From Microcoleus sp. (GTDB lineage: Bacteria; Cyanobacteriota; Cyanobacteriia; Cyanobacteriales; Microcoleaceae), in contig CP181291.1 in NCBI GenBank assembly GCA_052279835.1, positions 5,888,001 through 5,952,000 of the forward strand: DNA of 64,000 nucleotides. Direction: 5' to 3'. Each line of letters starts with the position of its first letter. Positions within the stretch are counted from its first letter, which is position 1. The position numbers and the translations under genes are program-made. The notes beneath the pieces are model-generated. The model had not been told where the DNA came from. It ran no database searches and was given only the letters and a program-made list of their open reading frames with translations. This document shows, in pieces, positions 30,904-43,082 of the stretch.

Positions 30904-31103
30904 GACAGGGGTTGAAACCCCTGTCTCATAGCTAAAGTCCTCGCTATGAGGACTGAAGAAAAAGACTTACGAATTTTGATTGTTTTGCAAGGGCTTGAGA
31001 TTCTTCGCTTCACTCAGAATGACATAATTCCGTAAGTCGGAAATAACTCTTCAGTCCTCATAGCGAGGACTTTAGTTATCAGCCAGGGAATTCATTCCCT
31101 GGC
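30904..31103. mobile_element. Nested MITE/REP composite
   Basis: Perfect 28-bp inverted repeat CTAAAGTCCTCGCTATGAGGACTGAAGA (30932-30959 / 31048-31075) with outer hairpins; inner GACTTACG..CGTAAGTC element containing GAGATTCTTCGCTTCACTCAGAATGAC. Confidence 0.75.
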
Positions 31104-31117
31104 GGGCTAGTATGATA

Positions 31118-32356
31118 CTAAACCTTAAACTTCTCCACAATTCGTCTCATGGCTTCCTCCACATTCTCCCGACTATTAAATGCCGAAATGCGGAAATAAC
31201 CCTCGCCCGCCGCACCAAAACCAGAACCGGGTGTTCCCACCACATTGCAAGTTTCCAGCAACTTCTGAAAGAAATCCCAACTTGACAAACCATGAGGCGT
31301 TTTCACCCACACGTAAGGTGCATTTTCGCCACCAAAAACCTCAATACCAGCCGCTGTCAATTTCTCGCGAATAATCGCAGCATTTTCCATGTAAAAATTG
31401 ACTAATGTCTGAATTTGTGCCTTGCCAGCCTCGGAATAAACCGCCTCAGCACCGCGTTGGACGATGTAAGAAACGCCGTTAAATTTAGTAGATTGACGAC
31501 GATTCCACAACTTCCAAATTTCGACATCGGAACCATCTGCGGCTTTTCCAGTCAAAGTCTTTGGTACAACGGTTAAGGCACAGCGAGTACCTGTGAAACC
31601 GGCATTTTTGGAGAATGAACGAAATTCGATCGCACAATCGCGCGCACCTTCAATTTCGTAGATAGAATGCGGTAAACTGGGATCGGTAATATAGGCTTCG
31701 TAGGCTGCATCGAAGAAGATAATCGAACCGTTCGCCTTAGCATATTTTACCCAAGCTTGCAAGTGTTCCTTGGTGGCAGTTGCTCCCGTGGGATTGTTGG
31801 GAAAACATAAATAAATTAAATCGACTTTTTTGTCGGTGGGAATTTCGGCAGTAAAGTTGTTTTCTGCTGTAATTGGCAGGTAAATGAAGCCGTCGTATTC
31901 GCCTTTTTCGTTGGCCTCTCCCGTGTGCCCTGCCATCACGTTGGTGTCTACATACACAGGATAAACTGGGTCTGTAACTGCGATCGTGTTATCGTTCCCA
32001 AAGATATCGAGAATATTACCACAATCGCATTTAGAACCATCAGAAATAAAGATTTCCGAAGCATCAATATCGCATCCCCGTGACTTGAAATCGTGCTCGG
32101 CAATTTTCTCCCGCAGCCATTCATAACCTTGTTCCGGGCCGTATCCTTTGAAGGTATCCCGCGAGCCCATTTCTTCCACCGCCGCCACCATCGCGAGGCG
32201 ACAAGCTTCGGGTAGGGGCTCTGTGACGTCGCCAATCCCTAGGCGGATGATTGGTGCCCCCGGATTAGCCTCTGCATAAGCTTTGACTCGGCGTCCTATC
32301 TCTGGAAACAGGTAGCCAGCTTTGAGTTTGAGGTAGTTGTCGTTGATAGTTGCCAT
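31118..32356 (-). CDS. dapL: LL-diaminopimelate aminotransferase
   Basis: [60 protein letters not shown]. Confidence 0.97.
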   Translation of the reverse strand: MATINDNYLKLKAGYLFPEIGRRVKAYAEANPGAPIIRLGIGDVTEPLPEACRLAMVAAVEEMGSRDTFKGYGPEQGYEWLREKIAEHDFKSRGCDIDASEIFISDGSKCDCGNILDIFGNDNTIAVTDPVYPVYVDTNVMAGHTGEANEKGEYDGFIYLPITAENNFTAEIPTDKKVDLIYLCFPNNPTGATATKEHLQAWVKYAKANGSIIFFDAAYEAYITDPSLPHSIYEIEGARDCAIEFRSFSKNAGFTGTRCALTVVPKTLTGKAADGSDVEIWKLWNRRQSTKFNGVSYIVQRGAEAVYSEAGKAQIQTLVNFYMENAAIIREKLTAAGIEVFGGENAPYVWVKTPHGLSSWDFFQKLLETCNVVGTPGSGFGAAGEGYFRISAFNSRENVEEAMRRIVEKFKV

Positions 32357-32493
32357 ATTTTCGATCGCTTGAGAGTCGTAGAATAGCTTACTGCGAATTG
32401 GTCGTTAACTGTGGGCTGTTGAGGCTGACAGACACTTGACAAAAAAATCAACCAGCTTATATAATTAGAATAGTTTGCAGTTCCAAAACTATT

Positions 32494-33582
32494 ATGGATG
32501 ATATCGAGTATGCCAGAGTCTATCAAGAAATGGCGGCAATGTTGGATGAATTTAATTTGGGTTGGGTAGCTCAACAAGTAGCAGATAATGTAGAGATAGG
32601 TAAAACTATTGAGGAGCGATCGCTCAAAAGAAAAACCCCGTTACTCAAGATAGAAGACTATACACCAAAAGAGCAACTTTTGATGTTGATTGATGCTGTC
32701 GAACAAGCAACAGTTCATACTTCCGAAATGGAAGATGAAATTGCTTATTTCTTAAAAGTAGAATCAGAAACTTCTCCCCTCGGTACTAAAATTAGCTTTG
32801 CCTCATCCAGTGCCAAAGAGCCGAAAACTATCGAGTTTACTTCTCAGGTAACATCTCCTCGGAACAAACAGGCGATCGCCCTGAAATACTTGCTCGAAAA
32901 ACTGCCATCAGAACCGAGCAACTACATCACTAATGCCGAAATTAAAAGCAAATTAAGCCAAGCGATTAATCCCGATTTCAACGGTGCCATAGAACAAGCA
33001 AACATTTTTGATGTTTACCTATTCACCATTTTGTTAAAAGCTATTGCCAATGAAGGAGGAACTATATATTATAACAATGTTTTAGACGAAACACCCAAAT
33101 ATTTAACATTTAGAAAGACCCCAGGCAAAATTCACGGTAATACTCATCCCTATACCTATGCAATAGTGGAATTTCCCGACAAGCCAGCCCTGGAGGTTCA
33201 TTTAGCAGTAAAAGTCCAAGGTAGAGCCGGAGTTCTCCACAATTGCAACCTGTTAATGTTGTACCAAAAAGAAGCGAATATCTGTCGCTTGCTCCAGCGA
33301 GAACCCCGGCACTCCCAAGTAATTTTAGCAGTTAAATCTCAGCACAATACTTCGGAACTCAAACTAGAAACTGCTGGTGCTTTTATTGGATTAGCGTCAG
33401 ATATTCGCTACGAAGGTGGCAGCTATTTTATTTCTAATACTTACTCGGAAGCTGTAGCCAAATTGCTAACTATCGCCCGCAAAAAATGGGAGTTAAACAT
33501 ATTTCCCAGAGCGACAAATGATGTGCATAGACTGATGTATTCATTTCAAACGATTTTTAAAGACTTTAAAGCCAGGAATTGA
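32494..33582 (+). CDS. Hypothetical protein; C-terminal half resembles a restriction-endonuclease-like fold
   Basis: 362-aa ORF; LEVHLAVKVQGRAGVLHNCNLL..ILAVKSQ segment. Confidence 0.6.
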   Translation: MDDIEYARVYQEMAAMLDEFNLGWVAQQVADNVEIGKTIEERSLKRKTPLLKIEDYTPKEQLLMLIDAVEQATVHTSEMEDEIAYFLKVESETSPLGTKISFASSSAKEPKTIEFTSQVTSPRNKQAIALKYLLEKLPSEPSNYITNAEIKSKLSQAINPDFNGAIEQANIFDVYLFTILLKAIANEGGTIYYNNVLDETPKYLTFRKTPGKIHGNTHPYTYAIVEFPDKPALEVHLAVKVQGRAGVLHNCNLLMLYQKEANICRLLQREPRHSQVILAVKSQHNTSELKLETAGAFIGLASDIRYEGGSYFISNTYSEAVAKLLTIARKKWELNIFPRATNDVHRLMYSFQTIFKDFKARN

Positions 33583-33712
33583 AATTAGGGCATTATGCCC
33601 CATGCTTTTAGGCATTCCCTCATCCCCCCTCCACTCTTGGGGGGCAGGGGGTGGCCTCATGCCCGATGCTCATATAATTTAGGATGTTGCGAGCAACCCA
33701 ACTTGACTAATA

Positions 33713-35479
33713 ATGTTTAAGAAAGATAAATCTTCTCTCCTGTTTACGATCGGAGCGGCTACCCTCCTGATTAGTTTAGGCTTCATCACCTATTTGATCG
33801 TCATCTCCCGCGGACCAAGCAAAGATTTGCCCGCAGGGGCTACGGTTGTACCTCAAGATACGATGATGGCTGTATCTATCACTACCGATGAATCGCAGTG
33901 GAAAAGGCTGCGAGAGTTTGGCACTCCCGACTCAAAAGCCTCTTTTGAAAGACTTTTAACCGAATTGCGCGATCGCATCCTGACAACCAACGGCTACAGC
34001 TACCAACAAGACATTCAACCCTGGGTAGCTGACACAGCAATGGTTGCCTTTTTGCGAAACAAAATCGCCATACCAGTAGCACCGCGCACACCCAATGCAC
34101 CACCACCTCCCCCAGCCCAACAATCAGTAGCTATTATCTTGCCCATTGCTAACCCGATTAAAGCCAAAGAATTATTAGCAAAACCCAGACCCCTCAACCA
34201 AGGAAAAATGGTTGAGCGTAATTATAAAGGAGTGCAAGTTACAGAAACTCAAGGCGTACCCGATCGCAATTTTTCGGTGGCGGTACTGGGGACAAACTAT
34301 CTGGTAGTGAGCACAGAACCCACAGCCACCGATAGAATAATTGATACCTACAAAGGGGAACCTTCCCTAGCAAAAACCCCAGGCTACGAAGATGCCCTAG
34401 AACAAATAAAAAGTTCCGGTGCCTTCGGTCAAGTCTACGTGAATATGCCCGTCGCAGCAGCCTTTACCGCAGCTAACTCCGCCCGTGAATTATCGCCGGA
34501 AAACCTGGAAAAATTACAACAAAATCAGGGATTTGCCACCACAGCGACGCTGGATACAGATGGCATTGGATTCAAATCTATTTCTTGGCTGAAACCAGAC
34601 TCTCAAAAAAGGATCGCAGTAGAAAACAACGCTCTCAAAATGTCGAACCGCTTACCAAATAATACAATCATGATGGTATCTGGTGGCAACTTACGGCGTT
34701 TGTGGGAAGATTATGTATCGGGGGCCGATGCTAATCCGATCGCCCCGGTGAATCCCCAAATTTTGCGAACTGCTCTAAAATCCACTACTGGCCTGGATTT
34801 AGACAAAGACTTGATGGAGTGGATGGCAGGAGAATTTTCCCTATCCTTAATACCAGCCCCCGCGCCAAATCCCAAAGACAAATTTGCTGCGGGATTTGTA
34901 TTTATGGTGGAAAGCAACAACCGTCGCGGGGCGGACAAAGCTCTCAAACAGCTTGACGATACCATGAAAATGAAAGGGTTTAGAGTCGAGGAAATTAAAG
35001 TAGGGGGTCAACCTACGACTAAATGGACATCACCCTTTGGAGGAATCACAGTTACTCGTGGCTGGATGAACGATGTACTATTTTTAACAGTAGGAGCTCC
35101 CGTGGTGGATGCGATCGTTCCGGCCCCGAAAAGTCCGCTATTAAGCAGCGAATTGTTCCAAAAAACAGTGCGATCGCAACTTAAGCCCCACAACGGCAAT
35201 TTCTTCATCGACACAGAGAGTGCATTTAACCCAAAAAACCTAGCTTTGCCGGAATTTCCCCCCAATCAAAAAATCTGGATCGATGCGATACGGTCGATCG
35301 GGATTACAGCGGCAGTCATAGGCGATCGTACTACCCGTTATGACGCTTTTGTCAACCTCAAAAAATCAGACCAATCTAGTCCTTCCCCGAATCTCTCTCC
35401 CACTCCTTTGTCTGGTAGTTCTGCTTCTCCAACTCCCTCTGTATCATCGCCATCGCCATCGCCATCGGCATCCCCCTGA
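33713..35479 (+). CDS. DUF3352 domain-containing membrane-anchored protein
   Basis: N-terminal TM helix; LPAGA..VPQD, Y.QDIQPWV, GLDLDKDL..WM.GEF; Ser/Pro-rich tail. Confidence 0.8.
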   Translation: MFKKDKSSLLFTIGAATLLISLGFITYLIVISRGPSKDLPAGATVVPQDTMMAVSITTDESQWKRLREFGTPDSKASFERLLTELRDRILTTNGYSYQQDIQPWVADTAMVAFLRNKIAIPVAPRTPNAPPPPPAQQSVAIILPIANPIKAKELLAKPRPLNQGKMVERNYKGVQVTETQGVPDRNFSVAVLGTNYLVVSTEPTATDRIIDTYKGEPSLAKTPGYEDALEQIKSSGAFGQVYVNMPVAAAFTAANSARELSPENLEKLQQNQGFATTATLDTDGIGFKSISWLKPDSQKRIAVENNALKMSNRLPNNTIMMVSGGNLRRLWEDYVSGADANPIAPVNPQILRTALKSTTGLDLDKDLMEWMAGEFSLSLIPAPAPNPKDKFAAGFVFMVESNNRRGADKALKQLDDTMKMKGFRVEEIKVGGQPTTKWTSPFGGITVTRGWMNDVLFLTVGAPVVDAIVPAPKSPLLSSELFQKTVRSQLKPHNGNFFIDTESAFNPKNLALPEFPPNQKIWIDAIRSIGITAAVIGDRTTRYDAFVNLKKSDQSSPSPNLSPTPLSGSSASPTPSVSSPSPSPSASP

Positions 35480-35582
35480 AAAACCCTCCTTAGCTAGCAT
35501 AGGGCCTAGGGCATGGGATTAGACTTATGCCTGCACCTGACCACGCTTTAGACCCATTTTTTTGCTAAGTCCGATGGTACTA

Positions 35583-35710
35583 ATATCAATTCCGGTTGTA
35601 TCGGAATGATTTAACCGCGAAGGCGCGTTCGGCGAAACCGTTCCCGTAGGGTAGTACGCGAAGCAAGAGAAGAGAGAGTTTAATAATTCCGCTGAAGAGA
35701 AGATTTTATA
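35583..35710 (-). mobile_element. MITE-like repeat, copy A (carries 24-bp insert)
   Basis: Reverse complement aligns with 42672-42777 and 56279-56410; ends ATATCAA.TCC. Confidence 0.8.
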
Positions 35711-36129
35711 TAAATCCGGGTCAATCACCCCCCTGTTTGATTTCGGTGGCTAATTTTTGCCCTCCCCGTCTGCTTCTCTCCCTCTCCCCCAGTACAGTAA
35801 CCCTATACAGTAATAAAGGGGTTTTTCACCCGGATTTCCTGATAATTGGAGAGCAATTTTTCAAGTCGGCTGTTAAAATTGCCGGCTTTTTTGTGTTGCG
35901 AAAAGCCAACGCCGGAAATAGCCAAAACATATTTTTGTCTTTCTTAACATAAAATGCAATAATTTTTAACTTACTTTTGGGTTAAACCATTGTAAATACG
36001 TCACCTGGTAGATACATCTACGACCAAGTACGAGTTATAATTTAAATAAGAGAAAAGATGTAACAGGTTAACTGCAAATGCTAACAGTAATTTTAATCAA
36101 AACTTCTATAAGTGAGTTGTTAACAGAAA

Positions 36130-39100
36130 ATGAAAACCACAAATAATCGACCCCTAAAAATTGAAGAAACATCAAAAAAATATCTAACTAAACTGGCAAT
36201 TTTTCTGCCAATTATCCTGTTTGATTTTTATTTTTTATCTGCCAAAACACAAGCCCAAACAATTGTTCCAGCCACCGACGGCACCGGCACTACGGTAACA
36301 CCCGTAACCGGAAGCCCCGCGCCAACTCGCTTCGACATCCAAGGCGGACAATTATCGGGCGATCGACAAAATCTCTTCCATAGTTTTGAACAATTCGGAC
36401 TGTCACAAAATCAGATTGCCAATTTTATTTCAAACCCCAACATTCGCAACATATTGGCTCGCATCGGTGGCGGTAACCCCTCTCTGATTAATGGGTTAAT
36501 TCAAGTGACAGGTGGCAATTCTAATCTGTTGTTGATGAACCCCTCCGGGATTATATTCGGCAACAATGCCAGCTTAAACGTGCCGGCGGCTTTCACCGCA
36601 ACCACGGCCACATCCATTGGATTTGGTTCTAATTCCTTTAACGCCACAGGCACAAACAATTACACCTCCCTCACAGGGACACCCAACTCCTTCACCTTCG
36701 CCACCGCTCAACCAGGAGCAATCATCAACACGGCTGACTTAGCAGTCAAGTCAGGCCAAAACTTAACCTTGCTAGGCGGCACGGTGGTCAGCACTGGCAC
36801 TCTGTCGGCCCCAAACGGTCAAATTACTATAGCCTCGGTGCCTGGGCAAAATCTACTTCGTCTGATCCAGCAAGGCAATTTACTCAGTTTGGAAATCCAG
36901 CCCCCATCAGGAACAGGACCAGCCACTTCAATATTGCCGATCGCATCCTTACCACAATTGCTCACAGGCATCGGCCCGGCGAACGCTACAGGAGTCCGAG
37001 TCAATGCCAGCGGTCAAGTGGTACTCACAGCCTCCAACCAAGTAGTAGCAGGGGGTGATGTGGCTGTACAAGGTATAAATGCTGGGGCGATCGCCGTGCA
37101 AGCAGCCAACAACCTGACAACTGGCAATTTGACGAGTTCCCAAGCAAGTGCGATCGGGTTGGAAGCCAAGGGCGACATTCAGACTGGCAATCTCAACTCC
37201 AACTCCAGCAACAGCAGTGGCGGCAAAATCACCATCACCAGCCGTACAGGAAAAGTAGAGACAGGCAACATCAATTCCGCCTCCACCGACAAAAACGGCA
37301 ACGGCGCAGACATCACCATTGCAGCAGAATCAAGCATTCAAACAGGGAACATAGACGCCCATTCACAAGACAAACAAGGCGGCTCAGTCACCCTCAGCGC
37401 CCGCAACGATATTCAAGTCACCTCCATCAACACCGAAGGCCCAACAGCCGGAGGAAATATTGACCTTACCGCCGGCCGTTATTTCCGAGCCACAGGCACT
37501 TTCAAATCAGAACCCAACTGCGCCGCCGGTTGCAGCCTTTCGGCTTCCACAAGCACCAGTGCTAACGCTGGGGATATCACCATGCGGCACGGTGGGGGAG
37601 CCTCTAACACCCTCTTCACCGTGGGCCCGAACTATAACGGAGTCAATGGTACCGCTGGCATCATTGCTACAGGAGGACCTTCTAGGGGAAATGTGATTGC
37701 TAACGGAAGTTACAGCAACCCTGGCCCTCAGATAGTACAGCCGACACGAATTAACATTACTAATTCTGTTATTTCGCCGACGCCAACTCCTGCGCCAACT
37801 CCAGCACCTACACCTGCGCCAACTCCAGCACCTACACCAGCACCTACACCTGCGCCAACTCCAGCACCTACACCAGCACCTACACCTGCGCCTGCGCCAA
37901 CTCCAGCACCTACACCAGCACCTACACCTGCGCCAACTCCAGCACCTACACCAGCACCTACACCTGCGCCAACTCCAGCACCTACACCAGCACCTACACC
38001 TGCGCCTGCGCCAACTCCAGCACCTACACCAGCACCTACACCTGCGCCTGCGCCGACACCTGCGCCTACACCTGCACCTGCGCCTGCGCCTGCACCTGCA
38101 CCTGCACCTGCACCAACTCCTGCACCAACTCCTGCACCAACTCCTGCACCAACTCCTGCACCAACTCCTGCACCAACTCCTGCGCCTGCGCCAACTCCTG
38201 CACCAACACCTGCACCAACTCCTGCGCCTGCGCCAACTCCTGCACCAACTCCTGCACCAACACCTGTACCAACTCCTGCGCCAGCACCTGCACCAACACC
38301 TGCACCAACACCTGCACCAACACCTGCACCAGCACCAGAAACCGTCACTGTTATACCTGCACCAACACCTGCACCAACACCTGCACCAGCACCTGCACCA
38401 ACACCTGCACCAACACCTGCACCAGCACCTGCACCAGCACCTGCACCAGCACCAGAAACCGTCACTGTTGTACCTGCACCAACTCCCGCGCCAACTCCCG
38501 CGCCCGCACCTGCACCAACTCCTGCGCCTGCGCCCGCACCAGCGCCCGCACCAGAAACCCTCACTGTTGTACCTGCACCAACTCCTGCACCAGCACCAAC
38601 TCCTGCACCAGCACCAACTCCTGCACCAGCACCAACTCCTGCGCCTGCACCTGCACCCATCACAGTTGAGCCTAACGCCCCCACCATCCAAACACCAACA
38701 CCCATCACAGTTGAGCCTAACGCCCCCACCATCCAAACACCAACACCCATCACAGTTGAGCCTAACGCCCCCACCATCCAAACACCAACACCCATCACAG
38801 TTGTGCCTAACGCCCCCACCATCCAAACACCAGCACCTATCACAGTTGTGCCTAACACTCCCACCATCCAAACACCAGCACCTATCACAGTTGTGCCTAA
38901 CGCTCCCACCATCCAAACACCAACACCCGTCACAGTTGGGCCGATCGCTCCCATCATCCAAACACCACCGCTAACAGTAGCAACAGTCTCACCTCCGGCA
39001 GTTTCAGTCAACGGGATACCTGTTGTGCCCATTAATCTCGATGTGATACCGAAACCGACTCTGCCTCCCACACTCCCAGTGAATCCCCTACCGATCGTCG

Positions 39101-40497
39101 CAAATCCTGTATTTTCCCCGAACTCACAACAGCTTTATCAAATATCTAATTCCTTACAACAGCCAAATTTACCTTCAGCCACCAATATCAATATTTCTAA
39201 TTGGCAAAGGAACCTTGACACAGTTATTTTTCCCATAGAAGAAAGATTGACCAGGGATTTTGTTAATTATCTAAATTTGCCATCGACAAATGCGATCGCT
39301 ACCCTAGAAGATGCTCAAAATAAGCTAAGTGCCATCGAAAAAGCCACAGGCATTAAACCAGCTCTGATCTACATCACTTTTCTACCCAAAGGTAATACTA
39401 TTGTCGATCGCTCCTACAGCGGTTCTTCAATCTTGCGAGTAGAACAGCAAATTCAAAACAGCGAGGAACTGGAACTAATACTGGTAACTGCTTCTGGCGA
39501 ACCAATTCGCCGCAGGATACCCCTAACCTCCCGCACCGAAGTCCTAGCATTAGTTCAGAAATTTCGCAATGAAGTTACTAATCCGGTGAAGCGCAATACT
39601 AAAAGTTATTTGCCTGTTGCTCAGCAGCTTTATCAAATGATGGTAGCCCCCCTCGATGCCGAGCTCCAAGCGCGAGGCATTAACAATTTATCTTTTATCT
39701 CAGATATGGGGCTGCGATCGGTACCAATGGCCGCCCTCCACGACGGGAAAGGTTTTCTGATCGAACGTTACAGTGTCGCCTCCATGCCCAGTCTCAGTTT
39801 GACCGATACCAGCATTAGCAATTTCAAAAACACCCAACTTCTGGCAATGGGGGCATCGCAATTTGCGGATATGAGTCCTTTACCTGCGGTGGAAATAGAG
39901 GTATCCACCATCGCTCGGCAGGAGTGGCCAGGCAAGTCTTTCTTGAACCAAGCTTTCACTCTGGCCAATTTGAAATCCCAGCGCCAGCAGCAACCCTTTG
40001 GGATGATTCACCTGGCTACCCACGCCGAATTTAGATCGGGAGACCCCAGCAATTCTTTCATTCAATTGTGGGATACTAAATTGCGCTTAGATCAGTTGCG
40101 ACAAATGAACTGGCACAGCCCGGAAGTTGAACTGTTGGTTTTGAGTGCTTGCAGGACTGCTGTGGGCGATCGGGATGCAGAGTTGGGCTTTGGCGGGTTA
40201 GCGGTGCAAGCAGGTGTTAAATCGGCTCTGGCTACTCTCTGGTATGTGAGCGATGAGGGGAGTTTGGGATTGATGTCCGAGTTTTACAGCCAGTTAAAAA
40301 ATGCTCCGATTAAGGCAGAAGCCCTGCGACAAGCACAATTAGCGATGTTGCACCAAACCGTCCGCATTGAAGGGGGAGTGCTGCACACTTCTTCTGGAAG
40401 CTTGCCTCTGCCACCTTCAATGCCCAACACAGGCAATGGGAATTTTTCTCATCCCTATTATTGGTCGGCTTTTAGAATGATTGGCAATCCTTGGTAG
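36130..40497 (+). CDS. Filamentous-haemagglutinin N-terminal (TPS) domain protein with Pro/Ala/Thr linker and C-terminal CHAT domain
   Basis: [38 protein letters not shown] motifs [37 protein letters not shown]. Confidence 0.92.
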   Translation: MKTTNNRPLKIEETSKKYLTKLAIFLPIILFDFYFLSAKTQAQTIVPATDGTGTTVTPVTGSPAPTRFDIQGGQLSGDRQNLFHSFEQFGLSQNQIANFISNPNIRNILARIGGGNPSLINGLIQVTGGNSNLLLMNPSGIIFGNNASLNVPAAFTATTATSIGFGSNSFNATGTNNYTSLTGTPNSFTFATAQPGAIINTADLAVKSGQNLTLLGGTVVSTGTLSAPNGQITIASVPGQNLLRLIQQGNLLSLEIQPPSGTGPATSILPIASLPQLLTGIGPANATGVRVNASGQVVLTASNQVVAGGDVAVQGINAGAIAVQAANNLTTGNLTSSQASAIGLEAKGDIQTGNLNSNSSNSSGGKITITSRTGKVETGNINSASTDKNGNGADITIAAESSIQTGNIDAHSQDKQGGSVTLSARNDIQVTSINTEGPTAGGNIDLTAGRYFRATGTFKSEPNCAAGCSLSASTSTSANAGDITMRHGGGASNTLFTVGPNYNGVNGTAGIIATGGPSRGNVIANGSYSNPGPQIVQPTRINITNSVISPTPTPAPTPAPTPAPTPAPTPAPTPAPTPAPTPAPTPAPAPTPAPTPAPTPAPTPAPTPAPTPAPTPAPTPAPTPAPAPTPAPTPAPTPAPAPTPAPTPAPAPAPAPAPAPAPTPAPTPAPTPAPTPAPTPAPTPAPAPTPAPTPAPTPAPAPTPAPTPAPTPVPTPAPAPAPTPAPTPAPTPAPAPETVTVIPAPTPAPTPAPAPAPTPAPTPAPAPAPAPAPAPETVTVVPAPTPAPTPAPAPAPTPAPAPAPAPAPETLTVVPAPTPAPAPTPAPAPTPAPAPTPAPAPAPITVEPNAPTIQTPTPITVEPNAPTIQTPTPITVEPNAPTIQTPTPITVVPNAPTIQTPAPITVVPNTPTIQTPAPITVVPNAPTIQTPTPVTVGPIAPIIQTPPLTVATVSPPAVSVNGIPVVPINLDVIPKPTLPPTLPVNPLPIVANPVFSPNSQQLYQISNSLQQPNLPSATNINISNWQRNLDTVIFPIEERLTRDFVNYLNLPSTNAIATLEDAQNKLSAIEKATGIKPALIYITFLPKGNTIVDRSYSGSSILRVEQQIQNSEELELILVTASGEPIRRRIPLTSRTEVLALVQKFRNEVTNPVKRNTKSYLPVAQQLYQMMVAPLDAELQARGINNLSFISDMGLRSVPMAALHDGKGFLIERYSVASMPSLSLTDTSISNFKNTQLLAMGASQFADMSPLPAVEIEVSTIARQEWPGKSFLNQAFTLANLKSQRQQQPFGMIHLATHAEFRSGDPSNSFIQLWDTKLRLDQLRQMNWHSPEVELLVLSACRTAVGDRDAELGFGGLAVQAGVKSALATLWYVSDEGSLGLMSEFYSQLKNAPIKAEALRQAQLAMLHQTVRIEGGVLHTSSGSLPLPPSMPNTGNGNFSHPYYWSAFRMIGNPW
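37777..38965 (+). repeat. Intragenic PTPA/PAPA repeats followed by 45-bp [15 protein letters not shown] repeats
   Basis: Visible tandem periodicity in DNA and protein. Confidence 0.95.
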
Positions 40498-40683
40498 TTA
40501 ACATTACTCGATCGACTCTCCCAAGCAACCGCTAACACCACACCATAGCTAGTAAAAGTCTCAGAGTCCCCACTTCGGAAAAAAGTCGGGGATCTAAAGC
40601 CCGTCTCCATCACCCAAAAATCCCGAATCCCAGTACGATCGATCTAGTTAGTATCAAATGAAAACTTTACCGGGGTAATTTTT

Positions 40684-41754
40684 ATGGATCTGGTTGTACT
40701 CCAGAACTGGCTGGACAACATCTCCTTTGCCGTTCTCCTCTCAACAATGCTCGTTTACTGGGTTGGGGCTGCTTTTCCCGGCATTCCCTATTTGTCAGCC
40801 CTCGGTACCGCCGGAATGGCGATCGCCAATCTTTCCATTGCCGCCCTACTCGGTGCTCGATGGATAGAAGCCGGCTATTTCCCTCTGAGCAACCTTTACG
40901 AATCCCTATTTTTCCTCACTTGGGGAATCACCGCCATCCATCTAGTCGCGGAAAACATGAGTCGATCGCGCTTAGTAGGAGTAGCCACATCCCCCGTAGC
41001 CATGGCCATTTCCGCCTTTGCAGCCCTCACCCTACCCGCAACCATGCAATCGGCGGAACCCCTAGTACCAGCCCTCAAATCCAACTGGCTGATGATGCAC
41101 GTCAGCGTCATGATGCTGAGTTATTCAACTTTAATGGTAGGAGCGCTACTGGCGATCGCCTTTTTAGTCGTCACCCGCGGCCAAAAAATCGAACTCACCG
41201 GCAGTTCCTTCGGCACCAACGGCAATCGCCACAGCAACTACCGCCTCCAACGCCCTCAAAACCCCGAACCTCAAATTGCGGCCACCGCAGCCGATAGCGG
41301 ATTAGCATTCAGCGAACCCTCTTTCAATTCCAGCAATAACGGTTCGGCAACCACCGCAGTCCTAGAACTAGCACCAGTTCAAACCTCTTCCCACCCTCAA
41401 TCTCAAACCGCAGAAATTCTCTCGCCCCAGCGATTGAATCTCGCATCCACTCTTGATAACATTAGCTATCGCATCATCGGTTTAGGATTTCCTTTACTGA
41501 CTATTGGCATTATTGCCGGCGGTGTTTGGGCCAACGAAGCTTGGGGTTCTTACTGGAGTTGGGACCCGAAAGAAACCTGGGCATTGATTACTTGGTTAGT
41601 GTTTGCAGCCTACCTCCACGCCCGCATCACCCGCGGCTGGCAGGGAAGACGCCCAGCCATCTTAGCAGCCACAGGTTTTGTGGTGGTTTGGATTTGTTAT
41701 CTAGGCGTTAATTTGTTAGGCAAGGGTTTACATTCCTACGGTTGGTTTTTCTAA
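40684..41754 (+). CDS. ccsA: Cytochrome c biogenesis protein CcsA (system II)
   Basis: [47 protein letters not shown]. Confidence 0.96.
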   Translation: MDLVVLQNWLDNISFAVLLSTMLVYWVGAAFPGIPYLSALGTAGMAIANLSIAALLGARWIEAGYFPLSNLYESLFFLTWGITAIHLVAENMSRSRLVGVATSPVAMAISAFAALTLPATMQSAEPLVPALKSNWLMMHVSVMMLSYSTLMVGALLAIAFLVVTRGQKIELTGSSFGTNGNRHSNYRLQRPQNPEPQIAATAADSGLAFSEPSFNSSNNGSATTAVLELAPVQTSSHPQSQTAEILSPQRLNLASTLDNISYRIIGLGFPLLTIGIIAGGVWANEAWGSYWSWDPKETWALITWLVFAAYLHARITRGWQGRRPAILAATGFVVVWICYLGVNLLGKGLHSYGWFF

Positions 41755-41970
41755 TAAAAACCATTAACAGTTATGGTTACTGAGTTATTTGTTATTAGTT
41801 ACTGTTGATTAGTAGCTGTTAACAAATAACTAATAACACCACCTATAAATCAAAATTCAACAGTTAGTTGTTGCAAATTATTTTAGGTTAATAGCTGCTA
41901 ACAAAACACCACTAGAAACATCAAAAAATCAACATCGAACACTAAAGTATTTCCTGAATTTTCAATAGAT

Positions 41971-42390
41971 ATGAAACAAGCAAAAGTTTTTCTCCGAGAA
42001 GACGATGTTTTGTCTACTCCCGCCAGCGCTTTGATGTATCAATGTACTTTCAAAGTTAGCGAATTTTTGACTATTATGCAGTCAAAACTCCTAGAAGAAA
42101 GATTGTTTTTAGACGGTATGGATTGCGAACTTTTGAGTGCAGGTAAAGCCTGGACAAAAGGAAAAGTCAGAGTGCGCCTGGAGTTTTACGCCGACGAACA
42201 GGAAATAGAACAAAAATCTCTTTCGGCTGCTTCCGAGGACTCAGATACCGCCCCAGAAAACACCCAAAATATCACGTCTCCAGTTACAGAAAATGACGGC
42301 TCAACTCTCCAAGATTCCACAGAAAATACTAACTTTCCTAGGTATAGGTATCGCAATAACAACCGTCATAGTGTAGGAATGTGGAGCTAA
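41971..42390 (+). CDS. KGK domain-containing protein
   Basis: TFKVSE..GMDCELL..WTKGKVRVRLEF. Confidence 0.85.
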   Translation: MKQAKVFLREDDVLSTPASALMYQCTFKVSEFLTIMQSKLLEERLFLDGMDCELLSAGKAWTKGKVRVRLEFYADEQEIEQKSLSAASEDSDTAPENTQNITSPVTENDGSTLQDSTENTNFPRYRYRNNNRHSVGMWS

Positions 42391-42671
42391 AAACCAGTAT
42401 AATTTAGTTGGTTTTTAGTTGTTGTTTGTTGTTTATTGGTTGTTGATTCTTGTTTCTCAGAACTCATAACCAATAACTAAAAAATTCTTCCCCGACTCTA
42501 GCCAGCGCTGACTATAGCCTTTCTCAGTTAGGTGCGTAATGGGTAATGGGTAATGGGGAACCCCCCTGACCCCCCCCAGGGGGGGAAGGGCATTACCAAT
42601 TACCAATTACCAATTACCAATTACCCATTACCAATTACCAATTCTCTTCGGATGCCACCAGAATTGATATG

Positions 42672-42777
42672 ATATCAAATCCTCTTTTCATCCTCCTGTA
42701 TTAAACTCTCTCTTCTCGAACTTCGCGTCCTTAGCGCCTTCGCGGTTAAATCATTCCGATACAACCGGAATTAATAT
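42672..42777 (+). mobile_element. MITE-like repeat, copy B (no insert)
   Basis: ATATCAAATCC..CTTCGCGTCCTTAGCGCCTTCGCGGTTAAATCATTCCGATACAACCGGAATTAATAT. Confidence 0.8.
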
Positions 42778-42857
42778 AAAAACAAAATACAGCAGTTTAG
42801 GGCTACTTAAAATTAAAAAATCGTGAACGCACGAGGCTTTCACGAATTCTTTTTTAA

Positions 42858-42930
42858 AGCTGGTGACAGGATTTGAACCTGCGACAGGCTGATTACAAAT
42901 CAGCTACTCTACCAACTGAGTTACACCAGC
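42858..42930 (-). tRNA. tRNA-Thr(TGT)
   Basis: Reverse complement GCTGGTGTAACTCAGTTGGTAGAGTA-GCTGA-TTTGTAA-TCAGC-CTGTCGCAGGTTCAAATCCTGTCACCAGCT. Confidence 0.97.
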
Positions 42931-43082
42931 AACATAAACTAATATAGCAAACCGATCGCCATTAGCGCAACCCCCCCAGCCAAGTTTTTTTTCTAATTCG
43001 CCCAAAAGCCCTCCCCACAAGGGCTGAACCCCAATTATGTTTCTCAGAAGCAACCACAAACTGTCCACCAACTGCGCACTGA

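Noticed and set aside
37507..39071. Cys/Trp/Arg-rich and Gly/Ala/Val-rich minus-strand ORFs
   Set aside because: Antisense frames of the PT/PA repeat
42858..42930. tRNA-Thr (and tRNA-Arg) as island integration site
   Set aside because: No integrase and no duplicated tRNA 3' end seen in the window
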